A DNA stretch of 63,854 bases, the filler included, from Klebsormidium nitens (Eukaryota > Plantae > Klebsormidiophyceae), in assembly GCA_000708835.1 (NCBI GenBank). It is 3 parts of 3 records of this genome, joined end to end, with 100 filler letters (N's around TTAATTAATTAA, not from the genome) between each part and the next. Parts side by side here need not be neighbours in the genome. Positions count along the whole stretch, not along the records: positions 1 to 31,116 come from DF237763.1; 2 more parts are not named here. One strand, given 5' to 3'. The translations under genes were made by a program, and so were the position numbers. Below the pieces are notes generated by a model. That model did not search any database and had not been told where the DNA came from. It was given only the letters and a program-made list of their open reading frames with translations. Below are positions 1 through 11,812 of the stretch, piece after piece (within the stretch, counting starts at the first letter, position 1; each line of letters opens with the position of its first letter).

Positions 1-27
1 GAAGACTGAGCTATGTCAGTATGTGAA

Positions 28-1332
28 GGACGCACAACTTTACCATTACCAATCAGTCTTGCCATACCATTACCGAGTACTCCATAAATTGCGGCAATTT
101 ATGCGGGCGTGAGTGAGACCTCCCGCGAAAAAATAGGGGATAGAATTACTGCTAATTATCCATGAATTATAAAAGTTTTAATTAAGTCTTTACGGGTGCA
201 ATATATATATATACTCATAAGCTGCAGAACTGGCACTCAATGCGTTTCATTTGGAACAAGTTTCTTTAGGGGGACGCTAATCCGGGCCTTGGGGGATTCT
301 GGAGGAATTCCGGAACGTAGTCTATAACATGGTTACCATTGGTTAACCCTTAAACAAAGCCAAAGACCCCCGGATGCTTTTTCCCATTTTATATAGTCAT
401 TTTGAGCACTTTTATGCCTTTGAATTTGTACCATAAATATCTTGGACTTCAACTAAAATTAGCGTGATTTTCAGGTCTCAAACACATGCTAAACACTTTG
501 CTACACGCTAGCGCGTGCGGGCAGGAGTACCCTAACCATAATTTCTCCAATAATTAGCTAATTCGAGTAATTCTGCTAACTTCACTTCTTGCAGTTGCTT
601 GAATTACCCAAATTAGCTAATTACAAGGGGCTGTGAGACCTCTCGCATGTTCCTTCCGTCACAGCGCAAAGACCCACGGTGCATGCCCTTCATGTTTTCC
701 ATGATAATTAGGTAATTTGAGCAACTCTGCTAATTGCACCTTCCAAGTTGCTCGAATTAGCCAAATTAGCTAATTACAAGGCATTTGATATCCAAGGGTG
801 TATGTCACACCTCTCACTCATAGTGCTAAGCGTCTACATGCGTACGCTCACCATGGTTTCCGTGATAATTAGCCTAATTCGAGCAACTTCGCTAATTGCA
901 CCTCTTAGTTACCGTAAATTAGCGAAATTACGTAAAATTTCACAAGGCTTCCAGCATGTCCAGACCCCTCGATGCCCTCGAAGGTAGAGAGTTACTTAAG
1001 TTACCTGAATCACTCAGATTACAGCATGATCCGGACCCTTCAAGGCCCTGTCCACGGTAAAGAGTTGCTCAAGTTACCCGAATCCCTCGAATTACAGCAT
1101 GTCAGGACCCCTCAAGAGGCCCTGGAAGGTAGNNNNNNNNNNNNNNNNNNNNGGACGCACAACTTTACCATTACCATTCAGTCTTGCCATACCATTACCG
1201 AGTACTCCATAAATTGCGGCGATTTATGCGGGCGTGAGTGAGACCTCCCGCGAAAAAATAGGGGATAGAATTACTGCTAATTATCCATGAATTATAAAAG
1301 TTTTAATTAAGTCTTTACGGGTGCAATATATA
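28..1332. repeat. ~180-bp near-identical direct repeat (28-210 and 1153-1332) enclosing AT-rich tandem arrays
   Basis: GGACGCACAACTTTACCATTACC...GGGTGCAATATATA occurs at 28 and again directly after the N-gap at 1153, with only a few mismatches. Confidence 0.85.
548..1131. repeat. Degenerate tandem repeats: about 3 units of ~155-160 bp, then about 2.5 units of ~72 bp
   Basis: TAATTAGC...GCTAATT...CAAGG units start near 548, 703 and 864. GAGTT(A/G)CT(T/C)AAGTTACC...TTACAGCATG units start near 990 and 1062. Confidence 0.7.
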
Positions 1333-2032
1333 TACATAGTATAGCGCTCGATCAAAAGTCGCCGCCCAAGTTGTTACACCAATTTACAAGCTGAGCAATA
1401 TGGCGTATGAAAAATACTCGGAAAATATGTAATGATTGCCTTTAATACAATTGTAGAAGTACCAAGAAATAGCAAAGCACGTCATGCAGGTTTATTGGTA
1501 AGAAGCGTCGCGTTGCAGTTCTGCAGCGGCATGGAAAGAGCCTCAGAAGGTCGACTTGAAAACCCTTAATGGTATAATGGACCCAATAATGCGGCTCTCT
1601 GGGTGTGTGACGTGTCAATAAACTTGGGTTTTATATATATAAATTGAAGCTCAAATTCCGGCGGCAGTCGTTCGCGCGTATATCGATTAAAATTCATGTG
1701 TTCAATGTATTTTATCTACCAACGTCAGCGAATGACGTCCGTACCGAACTCTCAGAGTTCCGAATATTTTCTCGGATTTGTCAAACTCTCCAAGTTTTTT
1801 CTTGAACTCTCCTAGCAAACTCTCCTAATGGCAGGTCTCCTAATTAATTGATTTTGATTTATATTTTCTTGAATGTGATTCTTAATTATTTGATTTTGAT
1901 TCTTAATTGTTTGATTTTGTTTCAAAATTTTATCAATTTGATTCCAAATTTTAGCAATTTGATGTTGATCTCAAATTATTGCAACGTTTGCGCTGCCATC
2001 CCGCAGCCCCGCAATCTGAGCTTGGTGAGCGC

Positions 2033-2413
2033 TGGGCCTAGTTTTGACGCTCGCAAAGTTCCACATCGGATCATCGGTACCGTGAATTGAGTCGCGTGGC
2101 ATTATCTACGGCCGTCGCCGATTTTCGGAGGTTCAAAGTCAAATTTTCGGAGGACTCGGCCGAGTCACTGCCACTGCCACTGACACAGTGACACTAGCCT
2201 AGGCTCGAGCCTAGCTAGGCTATAGCTAGCCTAGCTACTGAGTAGCCAGTGTCCGGACCCCGAATTTTCCGGCGCGCCGAACTCAAACTTAATTATATTT
2301 AGTCGCTAGTACTGCAAATCTGAGGCTCGGACCGCCGACCGGCCTGCCACGCGGCGAATCTCACGGTTCCGATGATCCGACGTGGAACTTTGCGAGCGTC
2401 AAAACTAGGCCCA
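2033..2413. mobile_element. MITE/foldback-like element with ~68-bp inverted arms and a palindromic core
   Basis: 2033-2100 is the reverse complement of 2346-2413 (53-bp core, 2 mismatches). The centre contains nested palindromes (AGGCTCGAGCCT, GCCTAGCTAGGC). No target-site duplication identified. Confidence 0.6.
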
Positions 2414-3827
2414 CTTTGAGAAATCAGATCCCTTATGCGTCCGATCGCCTCGCGCCGGACCGGCCGCGTACCGCGTTTCGCGGAGAAGCAATGCACGCTT
2501 GAGTCTACGTGACGGTAGCCAGTCACTACAATAAAGGCATGTGAGTTTCATTTGATGCGATGGCGACTTTGATATCGCTTGGCCACGACCATTCATATTG
2601 TTCTTACTGAATTGCTGACGGTTGCTGTTGTTTTTGCAGCTTTTGGTATGTCATTGGGCTCAATGAACGGGCAATGAACTCAATGACTACTAAGGTAAGT
2701 TCACGGTTGAAGGAGAACATTTTTGCGAACGCGATGGGCCATGAAGTTCAATGGAGTTACATGGGAATCGATCCCTCGGTCCAATGGCGCCTCCAGCTTT
2801 CTCTATAGGCAAATTGTAGCAATGTCTCATCAAGACGAGACATGCCAGCGCGAAGTGAGAATCCATCATCAACTGCGGCTTTTATGAAGTCTCACTGCGC
2901 CTTGAACTTGTCCGACCTAATCCCTGAACTTAAAGGTATCTTGATATAGAGACTACACGATCGACGGTAGCGCAGCACATATCTGCTCTGTCATTTCCTA
3001 GTACCAAACTTGGAACATGCCGAGACGTAAGATTTTTGATTGGCAACGGGCCATGCCTGCCAATATTAAGAAGTTCCACGTGACCTATGAATGTTTATTG
3101 CAAATGATCACATTCAATCGAGTCGGACATGGCAGATGCTTAAGTTCATAAAGTTGGCCACCCCAGCATTTTTCGAAAATCCTGTCCTTTGCCACGCACT
3201 GCTAGCGTCGACTCTTATGAATCTGTCCATGCTCAATCGACAAATCAATAATTTCGAAAGGTCGTTGTCGAGTGTTTGCCAATATATACAAGCCTTCGAT
3301 CTGACCACTACGATGAGAATCAATGATTGTCGACACGGAAAGCATATGACCTACGAACGGGTTGGGGCGTCCTGAGATGCCGCCTCTCATCATGCGTACG
3401 ATATAGAGGTAAAAGGAAGGCATCTCGTCATGCTTCAGACGTAGAGGTTTAGTTGGTCAACTTGCAGTGACGTTCCACCGAAGATTGAATCTCGATAGTG
3501 AACCGCAATATTCTATACATGATACAAAAGCAGACGATTGTCTCGTTTCTACCCTCGAAAACACCTTCAGACCGTTGCTTGATCGAAGTTCAGACCTTCA
3601 GATCTTACCAGAATCCACGGACCTATCTGGCACGATAGTACTTCGCCGACCCGACCTTTGACCAAAGGAACCCGTCTTTCTCCACCTGGAGCTTTTCTGC
3701 TCAAGCACCCCGACTGTCTTCACGCCCCATACTTATTCATAGGCGGTCCGCCCATTGCCGCGCCCTGTCGCCCTGCATCCTCCTGCCCCCCACGGCTTCC
3801 CCCATCCCACCCATGTCGTGCGCGCGC

Positions 3828-6800
3828 TCATGCTGCCTCGGGCTGCAGGTCGCGCACCATGGCATTGGCGATGCCGTGCACGCGCGCGAGCGTCTCCTGA
3901 ATGTACGCCTTGTGGCTCATCAGCAGGTCCAGCGCGGCCAGCACCTGCCCCGTCACCGCCTCGCGCTCCGCGGCCGCCCCCGCGCGCACCTCCGCCAGCT
4001 CCGCCACCAGCGCCTGCAGCACCCGGGCAAGAGCGGCTGCCTTTAGATGCAGTCGGAGGGTTCCTCTGTGACCGACTTCCAAGGGTGCATCAGGGGTTTC
4101 GGCGCACAGGTTGTGCCAGCCGGAAGGCACGTTCGACGACGAGAGTGAAAAACTGCGTTCCGCAAGATCTACTACCCACAGCAATCTCGAGAAGAAGCAT
4201 CCCCGGAGCTGTCGGACTGGGCTGCCGGCTCTGGATTCCTCCGCTCTAGGAATGCCCGTTCTGTCATGCGTATGCGGCCGCTCTCACCTGGTGTCGTTGG
4301 TCCGCGTGGTGCAGGTCCGCCCCGGTGCTGCTGCCCAGCTGCTGCAGGAGCTCCTCCGTGGCCGCAACCTCGGCCGCCATGCCGCGCACCTCGCCCTCCC
4401 CGCGCTCCTTCTCCGCCCGGCACGCAGCCTCCACCTGCACCCACGGCGCCAAACGCGCACTCGGTCACATGCCGCGCAATCATGCCAACGGTCAACAAAT
4501 TGCCCCTACCGTTGACCTCGTGCATGAAGAAGGCTTTCGTTGTACGATTCGCATTCTATTGCCGTGGCCCTGCGGCCTGCCTTCTCTTGCATAATATTCA
4601 GTACGCTCACCTTTCTAAGCGCGGCCTCGCGTTGCGCCACAGCGTCCTGTTTCTCGCTCACTGCCTCCTCGCTGCCGTCCTGCGCCTCGGCCAGACCGAG
4701 CACCTCCGCCTGAGCCGCCCTGCACCAAAACCCAAAATCCAGACTATTATTCTGCCCCACAAGAACACGGGAACACCACGCTCGATGAAGATGCCCGGGT
4801 CCAAAAGCAACAGAAGTGCTGTTTGCGCATGGTGGGCGCTCGCACCTGGTCTTGGAGGTGTAGGCGTCCTTGATGGCGGCCAGCGCGGGCTTGATGACCC
4901 CCTTGAGGTCGCCGGAGAGCATGTCTTCGGGCCGCGCAGCGCGCGCATGCAAGGTCAGCTCGAACTGCAGCCCGCCCGCGCGCTTGGCGTCGGAAGGGAG
5001 CACCTTGAGCCGGTCCCCTGCCGCGTGATACGAGCGCACGGCGCCCTCCAGCTCCTCCAGATGCCGGGACAGCTGCACACGGGCACAGCGCCATCAATCA
5101 GCACGCCAATGGGCCCCAGGCTTATACAAGAGGTAGCCAGATCACGCACGAGGTGAAGGTGCACGCAAGAAGAGTGGAAAGCATTCGAAGTCAATCACAA
5201 AGAAACCAAAACAGGTTGCTGCTCGTTAAACCAGTCAGTTCCTGTGATACGCGTACCTGGACCTCCGCCTGCCAGACGTCCTTCTCGAGGCGGTCCTTCT
5301 GCGCGGTCACGGTGCGCAGGACCTCCTCCACCTTGAGCTTCTCCTTGCTCATGCGGGCCACGTCCTCCGCGTTGATCGACTGGACACACACAGACGCGCG
5401 CCGCTCTCAGGACACGGCCTCGACATTGACCTGCCCACTTCAACACGAACAGAAGCATTCAAGACACACCGCAGAGTGCCGCTCAATAGCCAGCAACTTG
5501 GAGATCCGGCTAGTCTTTCGAGGCTTGGCTCAGTGTTTCTAGTGTTACCTGTGCTGCAACGCGCGCGGTGAGGTCCTGATTCTCGGCCGCAACCGCGGCG
5601 AGCTCGGTGCGCTTGGCGGCCAGGTCGGCGGTCTTCTCGTCCACCTTCTTGCGCAGCATGTCCCCATGCGCCTGCAGGTTCCTGCACCGCATGCCAGGGC
5701 AGCCCGCGTCAGCCGCGGCAACAGCGAGGTCACACAGCATCCAACAACAGCACACACCACCCATAAGTTCCAGGATTTGACTGCGAATGGCCACCTCAAG
5801 ATGGACTCTGCAGCCGCAGCCCATCTAGAAAGAAGCACAATCAAGGCTGGGCTGGCTAAGGGTTGCAGAGGTCGGAGCAGTGACTCTGCCGATCGAGAGA
5901 AGGCCCGCCTACTCTATGAGCTTGCGGAATTTGCCAACATCGCTGATGAGGTTCTCGCGCTTCCTCTCGAGCTCCTCCAGGGGCGCCGGCTGGGTGCGCG
6001 CCGCATCCAGCTCCGCGCGCAGGGCCGTGTTGGCCGCCTCCAGACGCTCAATGTCCACCCCGGTCTCGGCATCTCGGACCTGTGCACAGATCCAATCATC
6101 AAAGGTCGACAACAGCAAAGCGGTCATATCTTCTAGCAGTGGAACAAGCAGCTGGGACACTGCTAGTCGTACAATATGCAGACGGTGGGAAGAAGAGTGG
6201 TGTTGCAGCGCGGCTCACCTCAAACTGTTGGGCGAGCTGTTCGTCGAGGAGGCTGGCATCGGCGTCGCGCGCCTCGCCCTCAAGAAAGAGCCGGTACGAC
6301 TGCTCCACGTACTCCAGAAACAGGCGCTGCCCCGACTCGTCGAATGCGTCGCGCTCTTTGGCAGCGATGGCGCGCTCCTCGTAGTTGAGCAGGTCCACCA
6401 GCCTGCGCCGCAGCACACACCAGGCCTCAGAAATCAGCCTTTAAAACAAGTTAACAAACGAGGCTCCAGCATCAGCATCAGGACCGAGGTTACTTGCCCT
6501 CAAGTCCACACTGAGTCATGTTGGTAAGGAAAACTGGTTTGAACTTGATTTGAACAAGCAACTGATGGCAGCGGCATGGAGAAAGTTTACCACATGTGGC
6601 GGGGTGGCTCACCAGGCGAGGGCTGCTAGCAGGGCGGGCCAGGTGTGGGGGGAGCCAACGGCCTGCAGTGCGCTCTTGCTGATCTGGAACGGGTACCGCA
6701 GCCGCTTGAACACCAGCGGCACCTCGTCTTCAATCTGCACAATGAGGAGCCTTGACGGTATGAGAGTCACAACGTGCAGCGGACAGTAACCCCTCCAGGT

Positions 6801-7507
6801 GAACAGAGCCGTTGGCGCCAGTATTGTCGCTCATATCACTTTGAGAAAGGTAGAGGCATCACCTTGGGCCCGAACTTGATGTTGGTGTCGACCTTGTGGA
6901 AGAGGAACTGCACAATGTGGAGGAACTCCTTGCTGGTGGGCGTGCTCAGCAGCTTCTCGCTGATGGCGTGGTTGTACCCGTGGTTGGTCAGGTATGTGAT
7001 CAGGCTGCGTATGCACGCCTTCTGGAAGCCCTTGTCTGCTAGCGGCCGCGGGTCGTTCTTTGCCTGCGGCCGGCTCCCAAAGATGCTCGACCTGCCACGC
7101 ACCCACAATCCCCCAATCAAAGTCTGTGCCAGCAGCATCTCCTGTGCAGCCTCCAATACTGTGGCAGTCTACACAACAGATGACAGCTAGATGGCTGCCT
7201 ACCAACCAATTAGCGGGCCTGCACGGTGGCCAGCACCAGTTGCTCCGTGTTTGTTCAGACTTGTGTTGCCCTGCTTGTATGCTCACCTGCGCGGCACCAT
7301 GGAGCCTCGCGGCTGGCCTGCGGAAAGGCGCGCCTGGTTGCTGGCATCCTGCAGAGGAGCGCGTGTGCTGAAGGAACCGGGGCCCACTGTCAGCCGCTTG
7401 TTCTTGGCGGCCGCAGTCTGGCTAACTCGCGCCGGCCCCGTGCTCTGGCGCGAGTTCATCTGGCTCGCCTCCAAGGTGCCCAGAGTCGTGCGCCGCTGCA
7501 GGCTCAT
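3828..7507 (-). CDS. NDC80: Kinetochore protein NDC80/HEC1, 11 exons
   Basis: Exons read with GT-AG and consistent phase: 7507-7287, 7091-6863, 6734-6613, 6402-6219, 6079-5913, 5681-5549, 5379-5257, 5072-4846, 4719-4611, 4434-4288, 4013-3828. CH-domain motifs DPRPLADKGFQ, PTSKEFLHIVQFL, LRYPFQISKSAL and GSPHTWP, followed by a long coiled coil. Confidence 0.95.
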
Positions 7508-8289
7508 GGGAAGGAAACGCACGGCACACAAGGGAGGGCCAGAAGGGGCGGGGGAGGAGAAGCACGCAGCACCACGTGATGGGAATGTCCAGAAGATCGA
7601 GCCCCGCTGTTGCAACAGTCGGACGCAAATGCTGATCAAAGTTCTCAGCGGACTCTCATGACTCATGAGCTGAGCCTGTGAACTTGAAGTTGAAGCGGGA
7701 ATTTCATATGCAGTCCACAATCGAACGGTGAAATGATCTACGGTAGACATCCTATCGACGGCGTCCAGTGACACACTGCTGAAGTACCGGCTACTGATCC
7801 TCCTTTCATACTGAAAGTTTCATCTCTCACCTAGTTGCCGGAACGTGATCATCCTTGCCTGCAGCGCGCCGCGGCCCGGCCAGGTGGGCCCTCTGCCAGT
7901 GCACGCTCTGGAGACTGGTGCCAGGCTAGCTAGACTACCTATCTAGTCTAGCGACTCTAGCCTCTGCCAGTCCGGTCAGCAGTGTCAGCCGCCTGTCTCG
8001 CGAAGGATGAAGCAAGTTCTGGCATTCTGATTATGGGTTCCTGCTACAGGTTGAGTCCCTGGGCCTTAGGCTGGGGTGTTGCCAGGGTGTTGCAGAACCG
8101 AGCTCTGGTGTAGAGACGCTGTGTGAGTGTTTGTGGCGTTTTAAAAAGACTGTGCGCATCATTGTCAACGTTTTCAGCTCGGGCCATCACCACCCGGCTG
8201 GTCACACGGATCTGAGGCTCTCTTTGGAAGATCGTAAGGCCCCTGCTGTTGTGCCCTTTCTGTTGCGTGGGCTCCCCGGGGGGGTGCCC

Positions 8290-11200
8290 ATGTCCGTGCT
8301 GCTTGCGGCAGCTCCTGCGGCCGGCAGCCTGCCCGCGGATGTCGACAAGGACGAGGCCCCTAGCGGGTGGGGGGAGGAGGCGGTGATTGTCAGCCATGGC
8401 GTGGCGGAGCAGAGCAAGAAGGGGGAGGACTTCTGGATCGCAAAGTGCAATGTGGAGCGCGCCCCAGGGCAGACCTTCAATGTGTACGGGGTAAGCGGCA
8501 CGGCAAGCGAGGCAGGCGGAAGCAAGCGAGAGGGGTAGTGGCTGTCGGGCAAAAACTTTACCTTTGGTGATCAGGGGAGAGGGACACCAGCATTGCGCCT
8601 CATGTTGCAGACAGCGCCTAGCCTCTGGTAATTCTTGAGAAGCAAACCAGCGAGTCGAGCATGGCCATGATCTGATGACTGTCACCTCGCTGGCCGCCGT
8701 GCAGGCATGCCCCTTAGCAATTGGAAAGGACATCGTGTTGGTGATTCTCTTCTGCGGATTGGCGAATGCCAGGAGAGTATGGAGGCTGTATCTGATTTTG
8801 TGATTGACTGGTTTGTATATTGTGGACTTCTGTATCCAGCCAAGGTTGTGGCGTAGCTGATGCATCTCGGCACTCCCTGGCAGTGGCCTCCCGGCAGAGC
8901 ATGTGACGCTCGTCTGCGGCAGCCGGGAGTGCACATGTCACGCCTTTCACAGCTGGCCTCGCTTCCTATCTCAACCTTCCCCCACCTTCCCGCTGGGCTT
9001 GACTGCTTGCTTGCTTGGGGTGGCAGATCTTTGATGGCCACAACGGCCACCAGGCGTCGGCGTTCAGCCGGGAGCACCTGCTCAACTTTGTGCTCAACGC
9101 CATCCCCTCCGGGCTCAGCCGCGACGACTGGCTCGCCTCCCTGCCACGCGCGCTCGTCATCGGCTTCCTCAAGGCCGACACGGAGTTCAACCTCGTAGGT
9201 AAGCGGCCTTCACAGCACCCCACCCTTTCTTGGAGCCCGCCGAGAGGCACTTCTCTCTCCCCTTCGGTTCGCGCAGACGGCTGCGGCCCCCCTCGCAGGG
9301 CCACAGCCTAGCTTCCCTGTTTGGGCTGTATAATGAGGCTGGCGTGTGTGGTGCGTGCAGAGCGGCGCGCGGGCACGACGGCGACGCTGGTGGTGGTGGA
9401 GGGCAGCACCGTCACAGTGGCGTCCGTGGGGGACTCGCGCTGCATCCTGGACATGCCGGGGGGGAAGCCGGTGGCGCTCACAGTGGACCACCGCCTGGAG
9501 ACCAACCGCGAGGAGTGAGTGCGAGTGTAGGGGGCTGGCACACAGGCAGGACGTGGTGCTATGGGAGGCACGCAGGGATGTCCAGCATACATCTCGGAGG
9601 AAGATCCAGTTTGACGCTGGGCCTGCAGTGGTCCGTTGCGGGCAGCTCTGCTGCTTCTCTGCTCAAGTGGCCGGCCATGGCATGGTGGGGGTACGGCGAC
9701 CTTCGAGTGCGCCTGCCGGCTGACCCCGTTGCGTCTGGTGTGTGCAGGGTGCACCGGGTAGCCGCCAGTGGGGGCGAGATTGGGCGCCTTGAAACCCCTG
9801 ATGGCCTCGAGGTGCGTCTCTCTCGACTTGCTGGACTTCGCTGAGGCAGGTCCCTTCCTTGTGCACTTACACTGCCGTCCGCAACTTGACAGGTCATACT
9901 AGGGGACTCCAGTTCTATGCCGCCCCTTGGCCGTCTTTCTTCCTCGTTTGAAGTGACTGTCTCGCTGTCCGCTTTGCCTGCCACCCTGACTCTGCTCCTC
10001 CTTGCTGCTGCCTGCCAGGTGGGCCCCTTGCGCGTGTGGCCGGGCGGGCTGTGCCTGTCGCGCTCCATTGGCGACAAGGACGTTGGCGACTACATTGTGC
10101 CCGTGCCGCATGTCAAGCAGATTCGGGTTAGTGATGTCGCTCTCTTGTCCCGTCATTGCAGTTGACATGCCTACACTCAAGTTTAAGGTGCACCTAGGGC
10201 TGCAGTCGCCCCCACCTGCCTGGTCCTCGGACTTGCCTCTCGCTGCCTGCCCGCTCGTCTGACCCAGGGGCTGTGGCTGTTGTGCAGCTGCCGCCGCAGG
10301 GGGGCCGCCTCATCCTGGCGTCAGACGGCGTGTGGGACGCTGTCAACAACGAGCGCGCCGCCAAGAGCTGTCGCGGGCAGGGGCCCAATCAGGCGGCCGC
10401 GCAGGTCATCAAGGTGCCCCCCCGCCCACAGGACCCTCAACACAGCGTGCTGCCATTGACAAGCAGAGTGGTGCTCCGGAGTATTACCAAATGGTGACCC
10501 CCTTTGGCATTGAAGGCTAGGACGGGCCCAGGAGATGCAGAGGCCTGGCTGCCAGTTTTCTTGTCGTTGGACTGGCTGTATTGCACCAGGCAGCACGCTG
10601 ACGTGCGCTGCGCGATGAACGTGTGCAGGAGGCGCTGAGGGCACGGGGCCTGCGCGACGACACGACATGCCTCGTCATTGACGTCATGCCCCGTCACGAC
10701 ATGGTCCCCCCTGCGCCGCTCAAGAAAGCCAGCGCGCTCAAGCGCATGTTTAGGTGAGGCGTCTCTGGCCCCTTCCGACATCCCTGCTTTCTGTCCCTCC
10801 TGTACCTGCAGTCACCCGTAGTCGCTCAGCCAGCACTTCCTGGGGTGTGTGGCTCCTGATGGTGCCGCATGCTGCCTGCGCTGTGCTGATCCTGGTTGGT
10901 GCGGCCTGCAGCAGCAGCAAGCGGCGCGGCGCCAGCACAGGGGACCTGCAGGGCATGCAGGAAATCTTCGAGGCGACGGGGGCCGACTTCTTTGAGCGAC
11001 TCGGTCGCGGCATGGAGACGTCGGTGCACGCAGGCGGGTGAGTGGGGGTGTCAGCGGCGGCCAACAGCGCGATCGACGGGCCGACTGACCTTCGCGTGCC
11101 GAGCTTCTGGCTGGGGCTGCGCAAGTTGGCCCAATTGCCCTCAGCTGCTGGCCTGGCCCGGTGCCTGGATTCCGCTTTGTAGAATGCAAGGTTTTGCTCA

Positions 11201-11812
11201 TTGGTGCGCTCTTGTGCACTGCGCAGGTCCATCCTTTGCTCCATCTGTAAGACGGACCTCACCCCGGGGGGCGTCAGCGTCCATGCAGGTCAGCATCGGG
11301 GAGCCTGAAGTAGAGTGCTTCAGTACCCGCGCTTCCAACCACGGTTGCTGCAAGATGTGGTCTGTGATAGGCAGGGCATCCCTTTTGCCTTTTATGGCTC
11401 TAGGTAGTAGTGAAACGCGTTGACTTTGAGCAAAGGCATGCAGTTTGGTATGTCTGGCGCCCGTCATCCGTCACCCCTACAAATCGTGGGAGTGACATCT
11501 CGTTTCTAACTTACAGGGAGCATCTTTGCCGCGGGCCCCATCCCGTGGCAAGGGCCCTTCATCTGCGCAAACTGTAAACGGGAGGCTCAAGGGGGGGGCG
11601 CCGGCTCGCCCCCGACCCCGGCGCGAGTGGTCAGCACAGGGACCATGCTGGCGGAGACGATTGAGGAGGAGCTGGCGGCATCGGAAGGACCAGTGGAGCA
11701 GATTGCCCGCCCGCCAACGATGGCAAGAACGCCCGAAGCAGGGGGAGGGCATTACCATCAAAAGCAAAAGGAGGACCTGGAGCTGAGCCCGGGGGAAAAC
11801 GGAGACAGGTGA
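8290..11812 (+). CDS. Protein phosphatase 2C (PPM family), plant type with C-terminal CxxC pairs, 10 exons
   Basis: Exons 8290-8490, 9027-9198, 9361-9514, 9748-9811, 10019-10126, 10288-10413, 10629-10753, ~10912-11038, 11227-11288, 11517-11812. Motifs GED, IFDGHNG, GTTAT, VGDSR, LSRSIGD, LILASDGVWD and DDTT. Confidence 0.93.

Noticed and set aside
4266-5156. 296-aa plus-strand ORF and other long ORFs over NDC80 and PP2C
   Set aside because: Shadow ORFs from high GC content; they overlap well-supported spliced exons on the other strand or frame.
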